Source: Azolla caroliniana
Taxonomy: Eukaryota > Plantae > Polypodiophyta
Assembly (NCBI GenBank): GCA_043228905.1
Contig: JBHGNT010000013.1
Span: 21,142,001-21,206,000, forward strand
Direction: 5' to 3'
Length of the DNA stretch: 64,000 nt
Each line of letters starts with the position of its first letter. Positions within the stretch are counted from its first letter, which is position 1. The translations under genes and the position numbers were made by a program. Of the stretch, positions 37,251 through 51,820 are shown piece after piece. A model generated the notes under the pieces. That model made no database searches. It worked only from the letters and a program-made list of their open reading frames with translations, and had not been told where the DNA came from.

Positions 37251-38617
37251 ATTTATATTCATCATAAATCAATTCATTCAGCATACAAGTCACTTTATAA
37301 CTAAATCCTTTCTAATACAACATTTAAAAACAAAGAGTCATGGGCATAAATCATAAAGTCAATGACATGGGCACACTTTGAATAAATTCGTAGGCGTATA
37401 TTGATGCAATAGAAAATTGACACATTTTACTATGGTTGTGATTGAGACAACAATATATACCGTTATAATGACAATGGAAACAAATATATATATATATACA
37501 GACACAAAAATTTCATGGAGTGGCAAATCGTACCTTCAACCACAACCATTGGTTGATCATAAGTGATGTAGTTATCTAGACAATGAAGAAAGAGAGCAAG
37601 GAAGTGATGGAGAAAGTTCTGACTACTTTGAGGGGTGGTAACATCTTTTTCATTAGGTTATGTGTGTAAATGTAGTGATCAAAAGTCTATAATACTCATT
37701 ACCTAATACTATTTAGAGTATTTATAACAATATTTACAAAATTTCCCAACAAAACCCTAACTTTTCTTGAATATTGAGATCACTTTTTTTATTCCCAAAT
37801 TAATCCTATCTCTCCATTATAGAGGAAGATGAAGACGAACTAATAGTATGTGAATGTATATGTGTATGTCCATTGGGAGAAACCTAAATACCATCAAAAT
37901 GTGATCTATGCGATGGGTCAAGGCAATGATGAAGATGAAATTTAAATTTTGTCAAATGTTATGCCATTTGATAGTGTAGAGCAAGCATATACTCGTGGAG
38001 TGTTTTGAAGAATTAATGTTTTTGGACAAGACAAGTTCTATGCCAAAGTCTTAGGTATCGTATGGACGAGTTTACCTACATATAATATATTGGAGTCCTT
38101 GGGATGCTTCAACTAGCTCTTAGGGTTATTGTGAGCATGAGGCAAGCCTTCAGCGTCATTTCAAGGCCATTTCTTCTATTTTTATTGTTGGTGACTTTGT
38201 ATGGACTAGTACCCATATGCTTAATTGTTTCTCCTACATTGTTTTTCACAACATTAAGTAGTGTAGTTGGCATAAAGTGTTGGTGGCAATCATTATTCAG
38301 TATTTCGCAATCTCATCATAATTAGGTGACCTTGGCCATTAATTCTTTATATCCCTGTTTTATTTATTAGAGAGAAAGAAAACCCAAGCTCCATAATGAT
38401 CACTCCTTATATTTTGCAAGGACATCTAGCAAAGTAAACATATAGTGAGACTTGAGATGGGGGGTGCATTGGTTAATATAAGCACTCCGAGGATCGCACA
38501 TCGTGGAGTGATGTGATGCGCAGAGAAGTGTGCCACTCACATACAAGTCTTATATTTAAATCCCAGTACTCTCAGATTAGCTGTCCATCGGTCCAAAAAG
38601 CCAATAATTTATCAAAG

Positions 38618-38746
38618 TAATTTGGGGGAGGGGAGGGTTGACTTGGATACCAAGACAATTTTGGTGGACATAATTTGGGGAGGGGAGGGTTGACTTGGAT
38701 ACCAAGACAATTTTGGTGGACATAATTTGGGGAGGGGAGGGTTGAC
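38618..38746 (+). repeat. 52-bp G-rich tandem repeat (~2.5 copies) just upstream of copy B
   Basis: TAATTTGGGGAGGGGAGGGTTGACTTGGATACCAAGACAATTTTGGTGGACA repeated. Confidence 0.9.
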
Positions 38747-38848
38747 CATATATATATATGGTGAGATTGGGAGTTTATATATATACATATATGACCTTAC
38801 CACCATTACCATCAAGTTGGCATTAGCTTCAGAGGAATTCCAAGGAAC

Positions 38849-39169
38849 ATGATGAGGCTCCTCCACCTTCTACCTGCTCTTGCCATCTTCGTTACTTGCG
38901 TGAGCCCCATAATCTATGGTGTCTCGGCACAGTCGAGCGCGGCAACGTGCACCACAAGCCTCCAAGCATTGCAAACGGCTTGCGGTAGTGACACGAGTAC
39001 CACGACCACATGTTGCCCTGTCTATGAATTTCAAGTCAATGCCTACTACGATTGCTATTGCAACCGTAACACCACTGCCCTCCTCGGACTTGCCACCCTC
39101 TGCTCCTTCACGCTTCCCCAGAATCTCACTTCATGCTTCCCATCAGGTAAGTATATGTATGTATGTATG

Positions 39170-39209
<40 letters not shown>

Positions 39210-39658
39210 AATCCTTTCATGAATCAAATAAATAGGCTAACTATAGTAGCTTAATGCACCCCATGTATACACACTATAGTAGCTTCTTCTTCTTCTTCTT
39301 TTTTGTACTGATTGTGTATGTGCAGCCACACCACCGCCCCCATTACGATCTCCACCCCCACCGCCAACGCCAACGCCACCACCTCCGTCTCCATCTCCGC
39401 CGCCAACAGCAACTTGCGCTGCGGCTTGGCAGGCTCTTCGTACTACTTGCAATAATGGCACACTCACCCAATGTTGTAATCAGATCTCAAGCTCTATGAT
39501 TAACACTCCAAGTTGCTATTGTGAGTTCACCAGTCTCAATGTTACCACCTTCTATCGCCTTGTTGCCCCCGACGTATGTAACCTGGCTGTCCCTCCCACC
39601 GTTTCCACATGCATCGCTGGTACATATTGCCTCTTTCTCGATCATGCATATATCTATA

Positions 39659-39710
<52 letters not shown>

Positions 39711-40094
39711 CATGAGCATGAGCATGAGCATGAGCATGAGCATGAGCAAATGGATATGGAGCTCATAATGCAATGGGGTCAGCCTCCCTTTGGCTTTCTT
39801 TCGTTGTTTTTAAATCGAAGCTACTTGTTTTTCTCAGGCTTCTCTCCTCCTCCACCATCGCCACTCACATCACCGCCTCCGCCTCCGCCTACTCCTCGCT
39901 CCCCGCCTCCACCATTGCCACTATCGCCTCCGCCGCCACGATCATCACCACCTCCTCCACCAGTAAACACAACAATCTCGACTTCTCCGACTCCTCCTTC
40001 CCTCATTAATGGTGCTAATTTTCTACCCACATCCACACAAACCCCCCTCATCATGCTTCTAACTACACTACTCCTCGCCTTCTTCTTCATGTGA
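38849..40094 (+). CDS. Copy B: secreted, probably GPI-anchored protein with two 8-Cys nsLTP-like domains and Pro-rich linkers, 282 aa; exons 38849-39146, 39326-39619, 39838-40094
   Basis: Signal peptide; C-x10-C-x9-CC-x12-CYC-x13-C-x10-C and C-x10-C-x7-CC-x12-CYC-x18-C-x10-C; SPPPP motifs; NGA plus hydrophobic tail; two phase-1 GT-AG introns keep the frame. Confidence 0.88.
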
Positions 40095-40123
40095 ACTCAG
40101 GCATTCCTCCACAGATGATTGAT

Positions 40124-40157
<34 letters not shown>

Positions 40158-41095
40158 CCACCATAATAATAACCTACTTATATATATTAATATAATATAT
40201 GTATACATACCACACAAGAAAAACACCATCTGTACCATTTACATTCCCAATAATGATCAAAATATGTATAACTGTGTGTGTGTCCCTAGTGAGAACCATA
40301 TCACAATGTTTTTTTGTATTTAATTTTTGGGATCGCCCATAGGGATGGAGTAATGATTTTTCTTTCACTTAGCTTGTGAGATATAATAACTTTAGTGCCC
40401 AATATTGTAGGCTTGGAAAATTTTGTTTCATATTCTTGGTCCGAGTGCTTTTAAGTCCGCTAATGAACTCGGCAGATACGGGGAGATGGGAACTAAGTTG
40501 ATTAAAGTCTCAAAGTAATTTGGTCTGAGATTCATCTCTCCAAGATTCCTCGGAAGATGGCAACCAAGTTATTAGAGTGTTGACACTCATGATTAAGACC
40601 ACCTTGCTGGACACATGTAGCTTTAACTCAACGTCAATTTCCTTTTGAACAAACCACTCAAATACGCCAAATTTTGAGAATTTTGGAGTGTAGAATAGTA
40701 CAAAAGAGAAATTGTCCATTTCTTTGCTTGCCACAAACCCCATGTGAATGTTTCAACAAGTCTCTTTTGTTCAGAGTGACACAAGAATACGATGTCCATA
40801 TGTAGCGATCTAGGGACACCCACACTTGTGCATTTACAAGGCCCGATGTAATTACCCTTGTGATACAAGGTTTCCCAATGATTCGCAAGGCATATAATTA
40901 CCCTTGTGATACACGTTTACACATATCATGCACATGGATTCTAATTGTAATAAATCATGCGTAATGATACTAATTTTAGGATGAAATGCAAAATGAATTT
41001 TACCTCGTTGATTGAAACTGAATGAGAATATAGTGATATCAAGTCTCACAAACAAATACAAATAATATAAATTAGAAAAGAACATACACTACAAT

Positions 41096-41603
41096 TGTTA
41101 CGTTTCGAACCTTGCACTTTGACATAGAGACAAACCTTATGAAAAATTTGAGAGCTTGAAAGTTGACACAATTTGATAGATTAGGTTTATGTATGTGTGT
41201 ATTGAAAGATCTACATCATGTATGTATGTATGCAGGTTGGTATGTACATGCGTATCAATAAAAATATTGCTTGCAACTTGAGAAAATCGTGTGATCAAGT
41301 ATTGTAAGAATAAGTGTAGCTTCAAGATGTATTACATATGCATGTAGATACTATTGATTTTAGAAGCTTCCAGAAAGCTCCAGAAGCTTGTGCATGAAAA
41401 TGAGTCTTTGCATGGAACTACATTTAGAGCCCACAAACATGTATAAATACAAGGGTTCACCTTGGCCTTGGCCTTAGTCAAGGTGAATACGGAAGCATAA
41501 TTCAGTTATTGTTCTCTTGTCTATTTTCTCTCTCTCTTTCTTGTTCTCTTGTCTGTGCCGTCTCTCTCTCTTAGTATTAAGCCTCGTCTACTTGTCAGTG
41601 ACA
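41096..41603 (+). mobile_element. Probable solo LTR containing a heat-shock element
   Basis: TGTTAC...GTGACA ends; aGAAgcTTCcaGAAa at 41362-41376; TATAAAT near 41442; CT-rich 3' part; TSD imperfect (CAAT/CTAT). Confidence 0.55.
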
Positions 41604-41624
41604 CTATGTAAATGTGAATGCTCT

Positions 41625-41900
41625 TTTTTTTGCTTTTTCTTTTTCCAAAACAAAAACTCCTTCCATTATTTATAAAACTTTACAAGATTATAATGTATAA
41701 ATCCCTGTAGGGATGCGATAGTTCCATCTTATGTGGATGCCCATTGACTCAAGAAAGGGAGAGGATGACCATTGTTGGATGAAGGCTATTCGTTGTCTTT
41801 CAACTCCATCGGAGCCGCCCTTAAGGCCATCATATTGGCTCTTTAGAGAGGCTACAATTTCACTCCATATCTCTTGCAGGAGAATGCTCATTTTTCAATT
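41625..41900 (-). mobile_element. 5'-truncated LINE 3' end
   Basis: ORF 41688..41891 resembles 36545-36680; A-rich tail on the minus strand. Confidence 0.55.
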
Positions 41901-42989
41901 CTTTGTAAATATGATGGATGAATTTTAAACTTAGTCTAATTAATTTTCTTCTTATTACTGATTGTGTAGTGGGATGAAAGTTTTTGTCCAAATATGTGCA
42001 TGATCTTATCATAGAATGGAATTATGAGAATAATGTGAATGCACGCATTTTTTTATGGTTTGCATTATCTTGTATTGTGTATGTTCAAAGTCCTTACTAT
42101 TTGCTTTACCTAACTTTACATTTTTCACACTTCTTGAATGTGTAGAATGCTCAAGACCAAACGGTTTGTGATATTCCAAACTATGAATTTAATGAACCAC
42201 AAATATGACTATATAGTTAGAATAAGTATACCCATGATGAAAAGAATAGTAACACATGTCATGGTCAATGTATCAACATTTTGGATTTTTTGAGAGTAGA
42301 ATCCTCGTGGTTGATCCTTACATTAACATGTACATCATTGTTGAACTTTTCTTATTTTATTTCCAAAGAAATTAGATATCAAAGTGTATCCATTGATATC
42401 AAGATCGCAATTTAGACTCTATGTAAACATGATGGAACAAGAGATAAACCTATACAATCCATGTTAATTGTTATATGGTAGGGCATCCTATTTTTATGTC
42501 ACAATTTATCATGGTTAATGTACATGTTGATGTAGTCTTATTTGGGCCCATGACATATGTAATATTATATTTGCACCTGACTAAAGTTTCATGAAAATAA
42601 GGATTAGAATGCTAATGTAGTTGTTACATGTAAGAAGAGAACACGAGTCTCCTAACCTAGATCAACATGCTAAAAAGAAAGAAAGAAAGAAAAAATTATC
42701 ATTACTCTAAACATTATCATCGTTCTTCTTTGTTATGTTTTACCAAGTAGTAATAAAAAAGAGCTTTCCTTATAACCAAAAAACTTATAACTAGGTGTAG
42801 AGTTAGTCAATGTCAACCCATTTTCGATGGAATCATCAAAGTGGTAGAAAGGTAACTTTCTTTTGAATTTATCCTAGTATGTGAATGTACAATGGACTAA
42901 CATTGGGAGGGTAAATAAGGGGGTCTCTAGATGAAAGAAACTATTCATTGCAACTTGCTTTTAGGGGTTCGATTTCCCTAAGACTTAGT

Positions 42990-43500
42990 TTTATTTACTT
43001 TCTTTCTTTTTCCAAAACAAAACTACTTCCATTAGTTAAGGCAATGTACATAGGATAATATATGACTCATATCTTATAGGCCAACTTGCATGTCGAAAAG
43101 AAAACAACATGTGTAAAGGAAACAACACAAAAACTCCAAAACACCACATCAATCGATGAGCATAGCATTACTCGACCGCATATCGTCCACATGAGCCTCA
43201 TACAGCCCGAATTTAGTATATACATCCTCCAATCTCTTCTCGTGGCGCCACCCATCTATATGTTAGGTACACTCGGAGGGAACGGCCACCAAATGCTTTA
43301 TTATAATTTCCATACTCTCAACAAACTTCAAACAATTGTGATGGATATTCAACATATGTTTTACCTCCCACGACTTCGCCTATGTTGCAAGAGAAGTGAT
43401 ATCTCCTTTAACACGATCTTCATTTGCCACATTGTCCCATACTCTCATTGTAGGTGCTCAATGATGTACTTTTTGTGTTCTTCGTCTTCATCCTTACATT
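42990..43500 (-). mobile_element. Second LINE-like 3' fragment
   Basis: Tail ttttccaaaacaaaactacttccatt resembles 41640-41670; degenerate Trp-rich coding remnant. Confidence 0.4.
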
Positions 43501-44975
43501 AGGAACCAAGGACATTTATGCAATTGTAGGGAATATAATGAAACATTTATAAGATTTCATGAACATCTAGAGTGGGTCTCCATTTGAGGGAGGTATGACT
43601 CAACTAGGTCATTTAACCTCTTTTTAAAGAGAACCCCACCTCTTAAACAAATCACATTAAGATTACATTCAACCCCGAGAGAATCAACACATGAATGTGT
43701 AGAAGATGCAAGTGTGTGATCTTGCACCGTGTAGATCTAAGGTTGTGTGTGTTGTTGGTTGATTACGACATCTAACGCACCTTTCGTACCTCTGCAAAAA
43801 TAAGGTAGGCCAAGAAATTATTGACCACTAAAATGTCAATAATATTTACCTCAAAATACAAATCTTTCACCATCCTCACCTTCTAGCATTGGTCTAGTGC
43901 CATCATTACGTCAAGACTCAAGCCCTCTTACATGGAGCAACTAGAAATTAAGAACTCACATAAAGAAAAAATGCAATAAAGAATGTGTATGTGTATGTGT
44001 ATTTCCAAACTCCAATTAAGAATTTGTTTAGAATGTCAATGGATTGCCTAATTTCTCATTTCAATATGATTGACATGTTTTAAAATTACATATTCCTTGA
44101 AATTGTAATTTACATGTCATATCCAAATGTTAAATCTAAACATAAAGACAAGTTGAGATATTTTTGTGAATGCATCATTTGCTAAATGTTAGTGGATGCA
44201 CCTAAACTAGTATGATACATGAACAAGGCTCCAAAATGTTTGTAATGCATCCATATTTAGATTATAGTGGGTTGAATATCAATTGTTTCTTTTGGGCAAA
44301 TTGATATTTGTTTCTAGTATAGCAACTAGACCACCCATAACACGTTGAAAAACTAAATCAATTCTCTTATTGACTAACCGGTTGTCAACTGTAAATGAAA
44401 ATATGGCAATCTTATTTTCATAAAATGCTCCCCATCAATTTGACCCGAGGATGTGAATGTGTATACTTCTAAGGTCCAATTGAAAGTTTTCAAATGTGGA
44501 TAACTATGGTGCATTGAAATTGAAATATAAGGTTATTGGTTTTAAGTCTCCAACCATTACATTTGATGTTGCATTGGGCATAATAATTCTTTCCATTATT
44601 AAAAAAAAAAGGAAGTCTATGTACATCAACCATTTTGAGTCTTTTGAAAAGTATTTAAAGATTGACTTGTTTTGCAATGCATTAACTTATCCGAACCCAA
44701 GGATCTTCACCATTATTGTTATGTGTTATAAGCGAAGAAGAAAGATATATAAAATGAAAATGTCAATTTATCAATTTTATAATAATAAATTTTATGAGTC
44801 TTAAGTTTCAACATTTCATATAAATATGATATTCTAAACTCAAATTTAAAATATCTTTGCACATTAAAACCTATATTGCCAACCCATAGAACTTGTCAAT
44901 AACCGATACGAGTGGTTATGCTTAAAATAATTGTATTTTTATCATGATGGAACCTATTAGTGAATGCCAAAAGCA

Positions 44976-45012
<37 letters not shown>

Positions 45013-45570
45013 GCCTAATTTAGTTTTCCCGTAATATATTTTTGTTTCCAGAGATAAAATATAAACCATCAAAAGCATGTCGACAATTTTTAAAATAGCC
45101 TAAGAGATTTGTCCCTCTGAAAATATATTGTTGTACTTGAAATGTCAATAGATCGATACTATTAATATTCTATTCATCATAAATTAATCCATTTAGCATA
45201 CAAGTCACTTTATATGACTTTTTAATACAAGGTTCAAAAACAAAGAGACATGGGTGAACCACCATAATATCATATAATCAACGACGTGGGCATACTTTGA
45301 CTAAACATATTCATAGACATATTGATGGAATGGGAAATTGACACAATGTACAATAGTTGTGATTGAGACAATGACATATATGGTTATTATGACAATGGAA
45401 GCAGAACATGTATACACACATAAAAGCATCATGAAGAGCGAAACCGTACCTTCAACCATTGGTTGCTCATAAGTGATGTACATATAGACAATGAAGAAAG
45501 AGAGTAAGAAAGTGATGGAGAATGTCCAACCCAAAGTTTAGGTGGCACTACCATCTTTTTCATTTGCGTG

Positions 45571-45606
<36 letters not shown>

Positions 45607-45803
45607 GTTAGCGAGAAAAAGTCTACAATACTCATTACCCAATACTATTTAGCATATTTTGGTTTAATTGAGGAGTTTATAAGGTATTCACATTATTTCC
45701 AAAAAAAACCCTAACACTTCCTAAATACTAAGACCACTTTTGTGGTTCCCAAAAGAATCCTATCTATCCATAATTATTGAGGAAGATGGAGACGAATTGA
45801 TAG

Positions 45804-45844
<41 letters not shown>

Positions 45845-46839
45845 TCAATCAGAAAACCTAAACACCATCTAAATGTGATCTATGGGATGGGTCAAGGCAA
45901 TGATGAAGATCAAATTTATGCCCTTAGATAGAGTAGAGCAAGCATATGCTCCTGGAATGTTTCGAAGTATTAATGCAATGATGACACATTCTATGTTGGA
46001 GACATAGGTGTCATATAGGGTGAGTATATCCACGTATCTAGGAGTCCATTGGCTCCTAGGGTTTTTGAGAGCCTTCATAGTTGTTAAAGGCCATTTCTTC
46101 AATTTCAATTTTTATTTGTAAGGTAGTACACAATTGCTTCGTTGTTTCTCCTACATTGTTGTTCACAACATTTCCAAGTGTAGATACCATAAAACGTTTC
46201 GAGTAGTCATGATTTGGTACTCTTGCAATCTCATCATAATTAGGTGATCTTGGCCATTAATTATGTATATCCCTGTTTTATATATTAGAAGGAAAGAGAA
46301 ACCAAGGTCAATGTTCAACCCTTACAGTTTGCAACGACATCAATCTAGTGAAGAAAACATATAGCGAGAGACTTGAGACGGGGTGCATTGGTTAGTATAT
46401 GCACTATGAGGATCTAAACGATGTTATAGGACGGAGTGACATGATGCGGGCGGAACATGGGTGTACAAGTCTTTTTTTATTTTTTCCCCAAGAAACCCAT
46501 TGCAAGTCTTATATTTAAACCCCAATAGTCTCTCATATAATTCATTAGCTGTTCTTGGGAACAAAACAAAAAGCCAATAATTTATCAAAGTATGTAATGA
46601 TAGGGGTAATTTGGATTGACTTGGGTGCCAATACATTTTTGTCTTGACATAATCGACCAAAAAAAAAGGTGAATTTGAGGCTGACTGCTACTAGCTGGGT
46701 CAGAACATGGATTAGAATCCCGCGTGTGTGTGTTTGTGTATGTAGTATGTACATACATACATATATGTAACCCTGACATTACCATTAAGTTGGCATTAGC
46801 TTCAAGAGGAATTCCAAAGAACAGAGCAAGACATTGATA

Positions 46840-48379
46840 ATGGTGATGATGATTAGGAGGCTCCTCCACCTTCACCTCCACCTCCTGCCTGCCCTTCTCT
46901 TCCTTACGGCCCTGAGCCCTGTAATCGATGGTGTCTTGGCGCAGTCGAGCGCGGCGACGTGCACCGCGAGCCTCCAAGCATTGGTAACGGCTTGCGATTC
47001 TAATAGTACCTTAGCCACATGTTGCCCTGTCTACCAAACTCAAGTCAATGCCTACCCGGACTGCTATTGCTCCGCTAATACCACTATCCTCATCCAACTG
47101 GCCACTGCTTGCTCCTTCACGCTTCCCCAGAATCTCACTTCATGCTTCCCACCAGGTACATATACATATACATAACATACATACATACATACATATATAT
47201 ATATATCAAACTAAAGCAGGGCACACACTATAGTAGCATAATGTTCCCCATTTATTCCATCCATATATATGTTCAAACGCCATGTATATTTAATTACATA
47301 CAGCCTTATCTGCCTGGCTATGCGATTGGAATGGATGAATGGATGCTTGTATATATTTTACTGCTACAGACATGAATGATATTTGCGTAATATATATATA
47401 TATATGTCCACTTGCAGGATGCATCCCTCATTATCTATATCTATATATATATATATATTATGCATTCTTGATGTGAAGCCATAGGATTTGGAGAATCAAA
47501 TTATGGTGACTGCATGTCTACTTAAATCTTAGTGATTGTATTATTTGCAGCAACATCACCATCACAATCACCATCACCACCACCATTGTCACCATCACCA
47601 CCCCCACCTTCACCTCTAACGTCTCCACCCCCAGCCCCAGCCCCAACATCTCCGCCTGCCTCCTCCAATTCTACTAACACTACTTGTGATGCGGCGTGGG
47701 AGGCTCTTGTTACGGCTTGCAATAATGGCACACTCACCCAATGTTGTAATCAGATCTCGATCTCTATGACTGACACTCCAAGTTGCTATTGTGAATTCGA
47801 CCGTCTCAATGTCACTACCTTCTATAACCTGGTTGCTCCCAACACATGTAACCTGCCTGTCCCTACCACCGTTTCCTCATGCCTCGCTGGTAAGCAAATC
47901 AAAACGAACCTTTCTTTGTTCATGACATATTAAGTTTGCCTAAGTTCACACCAAAATTCCATCCATCAATCACTCGCTCATTCCAGAGAAGTTTTAGGGT
48001 TTGCTTGTATGTGTATGTGTTGTGACTGCGTTGTTGTTCTGTACGTCTTTTTTGTATGTTGTTTTAATGCGAAATCTAATTGTTTTGCTCAGCCTTGTCT
48101 CCTCCTCCTCCTCCTCCTCCTCCTCCTCCACCGCCGCGATCATCACCACCGCCTCCGCCACCACGATCATCACCACCACCTCCTCCTCCTCCTATTACTA
48201 CCACCCTCTCGCCGCCGCCTCCACCAGTAACCACAACTACCTCGTCTTCTCCGCCTCCTCCTCCCCAACAATCTAACACGCCCACCCTCATTAATGGTGC
48301 TAATTCTCTACCCACGGCCACACAAACACCCCTCATCATGCTTCTAACTACACTACTCCTCGCCTTCTTCTTCATATGA
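46840..48379 (+). CDS. Copy C: paralogue of copy B, 313 aa; exons 46840-47155, 47551-47889, 48093-48379
   Basis: Same signal peptide, two 8-Cys domains and GPI-like tail (LINGANSLPTATQTPLIMLLTTLLLAFFFI); same intron positions and phases; longer Pro tracts. Confidence 0.88.
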
Positions 48380-51300
48380 ACTTAGGCATTCCTCTACAGA
48401 TGATGGATTGATTGATTGATGGATGATGATGATGATCCACCATAATAAGAACCTACTCTATATATACATACCACATGTCAAGAAAAACACCATCTGTACC
48501 TAATACCTTGGCACTCTAATATCTCCCATAGCATTCCCAATAATCATCAAAATACATGCACATGTGTGTTTTTGTGCCCCCCCCCCCCCCAAAAAAAAAA
48601 AAAAAATCACAATGTTTTTTTGTAAATTCAATTTGTGGCATTTTGCCCAAAGGGATGGAATAATGGATTTTCTTTTCCAATTAACATGTGATGTCTAATA
48701 GCTTCAGTCTCCAAATGTAGCTTCCCAAATTTTGTTTTGTATTCATGGAATCTGAGTACATACTCCTCTTAAGTCCACTGCTGAATGTGGATACGATACG
48801 GAACTAAGTCGATGATTAAAACCTCGAAGTAATTTTGTCTAGGGTATTGGTTAGACTTCATCTCTCCAAGGTTCATCCCAAGATGTCAACAAGTTATTAC
48901 ATTGTTGACCTAATGATTTAAGACTACCTAGCCAGAACAACTCAAATACGCCAAATTTTGAGAAAATGTGGAGCGTAGAATACAAAAGAGGAATTGTGCA
49001 TTTCTGCTTGGCACAAGCCCCACGTGAAAGCTTCAACAAGTCTCTCTGTTCACACACAAGAAGTCTTCAAACTCATATGGTGCGATCTAGTATCGTAAGA
49101 ATATGGATGGCTTCAAGTTGGAAGGCATGCCAAAAATCAATCCTCGTCTAACTACATCTCATGTATGCATTCTTTGTGAGTACATGCATGAATTAATTAT
49201 TACCTACATATACGTAGGTGGATACCATGTAAATGAGAAAGCTCATTTTTGTATTACATGTAATTACGACCGATTAATTTCCTTCTTATGACCGATGGTG
49301 TGTTTGGGATAAAACTTTGTGTGGATGGAAGTATGACAATCATTAAATTGTAAGTATACGGTATACCCATGAATCATGATCAAAAGAATTATAGTCACAC
49401 ACGTCATTGTCTATGTATCAAATTTTTTGGATTCTGTGAGTTAACGTGTCCATAATCTTGGCTTTTTTATTTTATTTTCGAAGACTTTACATGTCAAATG
49501 AATTGGTTGATATCAATGGAAATTTTCCACAATATTGTAATGTAGAGTCTTCGTAAGCAAGTGGAAACAAGAGATAAACATTTGCAATCGATGTTATTCT
49601 TCCTTATGTGGTAGGTTGTGCTATTTTTATATCACATTGTCTCATGGTTTATGAACATGTTGGTGTAATATTATTTGGGCACATGATATATGTAACATTA
49701 TGTTGGCACATGATTGAAGTTTCATAAAATGGCTTTGATGAGAACTAAGTACGTAAACCACTAAATAAAAAGAGCTTTACTTTCATCATTTTTGGCTTGC
49801 AAATAGGGCAAGTTGATTAGTGTAGCGAGTATTTTTAGGAATTACCCTTGTCTAGCTAGTTGATTAGTTCCTTTCATTTCTTTGATCCACTTGGTAGGAA
49901 CCTATTCTAACAACTAAAGGGCTAATCAATTTTGTAAGTGCACTTGATAAAAGCATTTCCCATAGATGCTTTCAACCAATATTGCTATTAGTATTCAGAC
50001 AAATTTGAGGATTTTATGTTTTTAGGTGAAGGCATTGTAGTCGAAACAAGTAGAATTTTGGAAAGCTAGTGAAATTATCGAGGTATATTCACAAGACTTT
50101 CTTGAATGAAAAACCTTCAATGGATGTAGACAAATAGTAGGAGGACATTAAATGGGGATATGAAGAGTCATTTGATTGCATGGCTCCAACTAAAACCAAA
50201 CATTGTTGATTTCTTGTTGGTGGGAGCTTTGAAATGTGTTTACTAGATGGATTTGTCATCGGGGACTCTTCGTTGGGAACTCGAGAATACGATGGTCATG
50301 ACAATAGAGGCATAGGATATTTTCTTGTGAATATCAACGGTGTGCATTAGTAAGAGGTTCAAAATGAGATTTGTTCAATCTCCATCGATATCCGGGTATC
50401 AGTTACCTTGGAAGGCGGTGAACTCAACGAGGCAGGTGAGGCTGATATTGACGATGTGTATCGTTGGAAAGATCAAGAAACTTTTGTCCTTGCACTATTC
50501 TTTGTGAAGTTGAAAAAGTTTAATGCCACATAAAAGTATTTGTGAAATTGCTTGCAACAAGGGCGTGGACACTGAAAAGTTTAACAAAAGATTCTTGATT
50601 TCACTTTGGAGGCCTCGATGGAAGTGGCCGCACAAAGCTTAGTTGTCCCATTGAACATCACATGCAAGTTGCGGAAACTCGGAAGTCTTACCATTATGTA
50701 ATGAATAGCCTGTGCTAGTGAGGGTAGTTCAATGTTGATCTGTACTGTTGAATGTTTATTCATGCTCCATACTGGCATCAAAGTCTTGTCGAAGACGTGA
50801 CAATATTTGAACTAGAGGTGCAAAGTAGGCCTATGCCTAGCCCGAGAGAAGAGTGACTATGAGACTGACTCGACAAAAATCATCATAATAGCCTTGGGGT
50901 TGTAGTCGGGTGCTAAGTTAGATCTCATTAATAAACCGTTGGTATGACATCCTCATGCCCTCAAATTTGTCTAGTAGACTGACCTTAGGCTCCAAAACAT
51001 TAGCTGCTGAAGAAACCACTAATGAAGTTTCATGAAGCTTTTGCAATTACTCCTAAAGACCTTGCAATTTCCATCACCTTGTTTGGGTTATCGGTGAAGT
51101 CAAACATGATGAGGCTTAGGAAGGGGAAGCTGAACAATTTGTTGTGAATAGTTAGAGCGGAGCAAAAAGGAGACAAGGAATATGAGATAAAAGACAATAT
51201 GTTAAAAGAAAAATAATTAACAGTACTTATAATTATGTGAATGTTGTTGTTCACCTTGATAGGGATCAAGATGAACAACTATATTTGTACATGTTCTAGA

Positions 51301-51820
51301 GAATTGCATGTAGGCAAAGAATATTTTGAAAATATGCATGCATCCTCTGCAATTTTCGAGGAATTTCTAGAATACCAAAATTATTCTAAATGAAGAAGTG
51401 TTTTCTTATAACCACATGATGTATTGAGATGCTCTATCTATAATATTTGGCGAAGACATGGGAGGTTGGGGGTTCGATTCATGTTTGTGAGACATGACTC
51501 CACAAGATCATCTAACCTCTGTTTGAACACAACTCCACTTTCATCATGAATCACATCATGTTTCTCTCGAATATTGTATTAAATTCCAAGAGAATTAACA
51601 CATAATTGTGTAGAAGTTGGTGGTCTGATTTACCAACTTGTATGTTTAAGGTCATGACAGAAGTCTATTGGTTACAACTTCTAGCATGCCTCTAGTAAGT
51701 GTTAACAAAAAGAAACACCATTTACAATTAAAAATTAAGAACTCGATTAAAGAAAGAATATTATATACTATGCACCAACTAGAATTTACGAAATGGGCAT
51801 TATGGCCAGGCAAGGTGTCA

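Noticed and set aside
39821-40323. Gly-rich antisense ORF and poly-Met ORF
   Set aside because: Reverse complement of the Pro-rich exon and a (GAT)n microsatellite.
49900-51280. Degenerate minus-strand coding-like tract
   Set aside because: Probably a decayed TE, but I could not identify a diagnostic motif.
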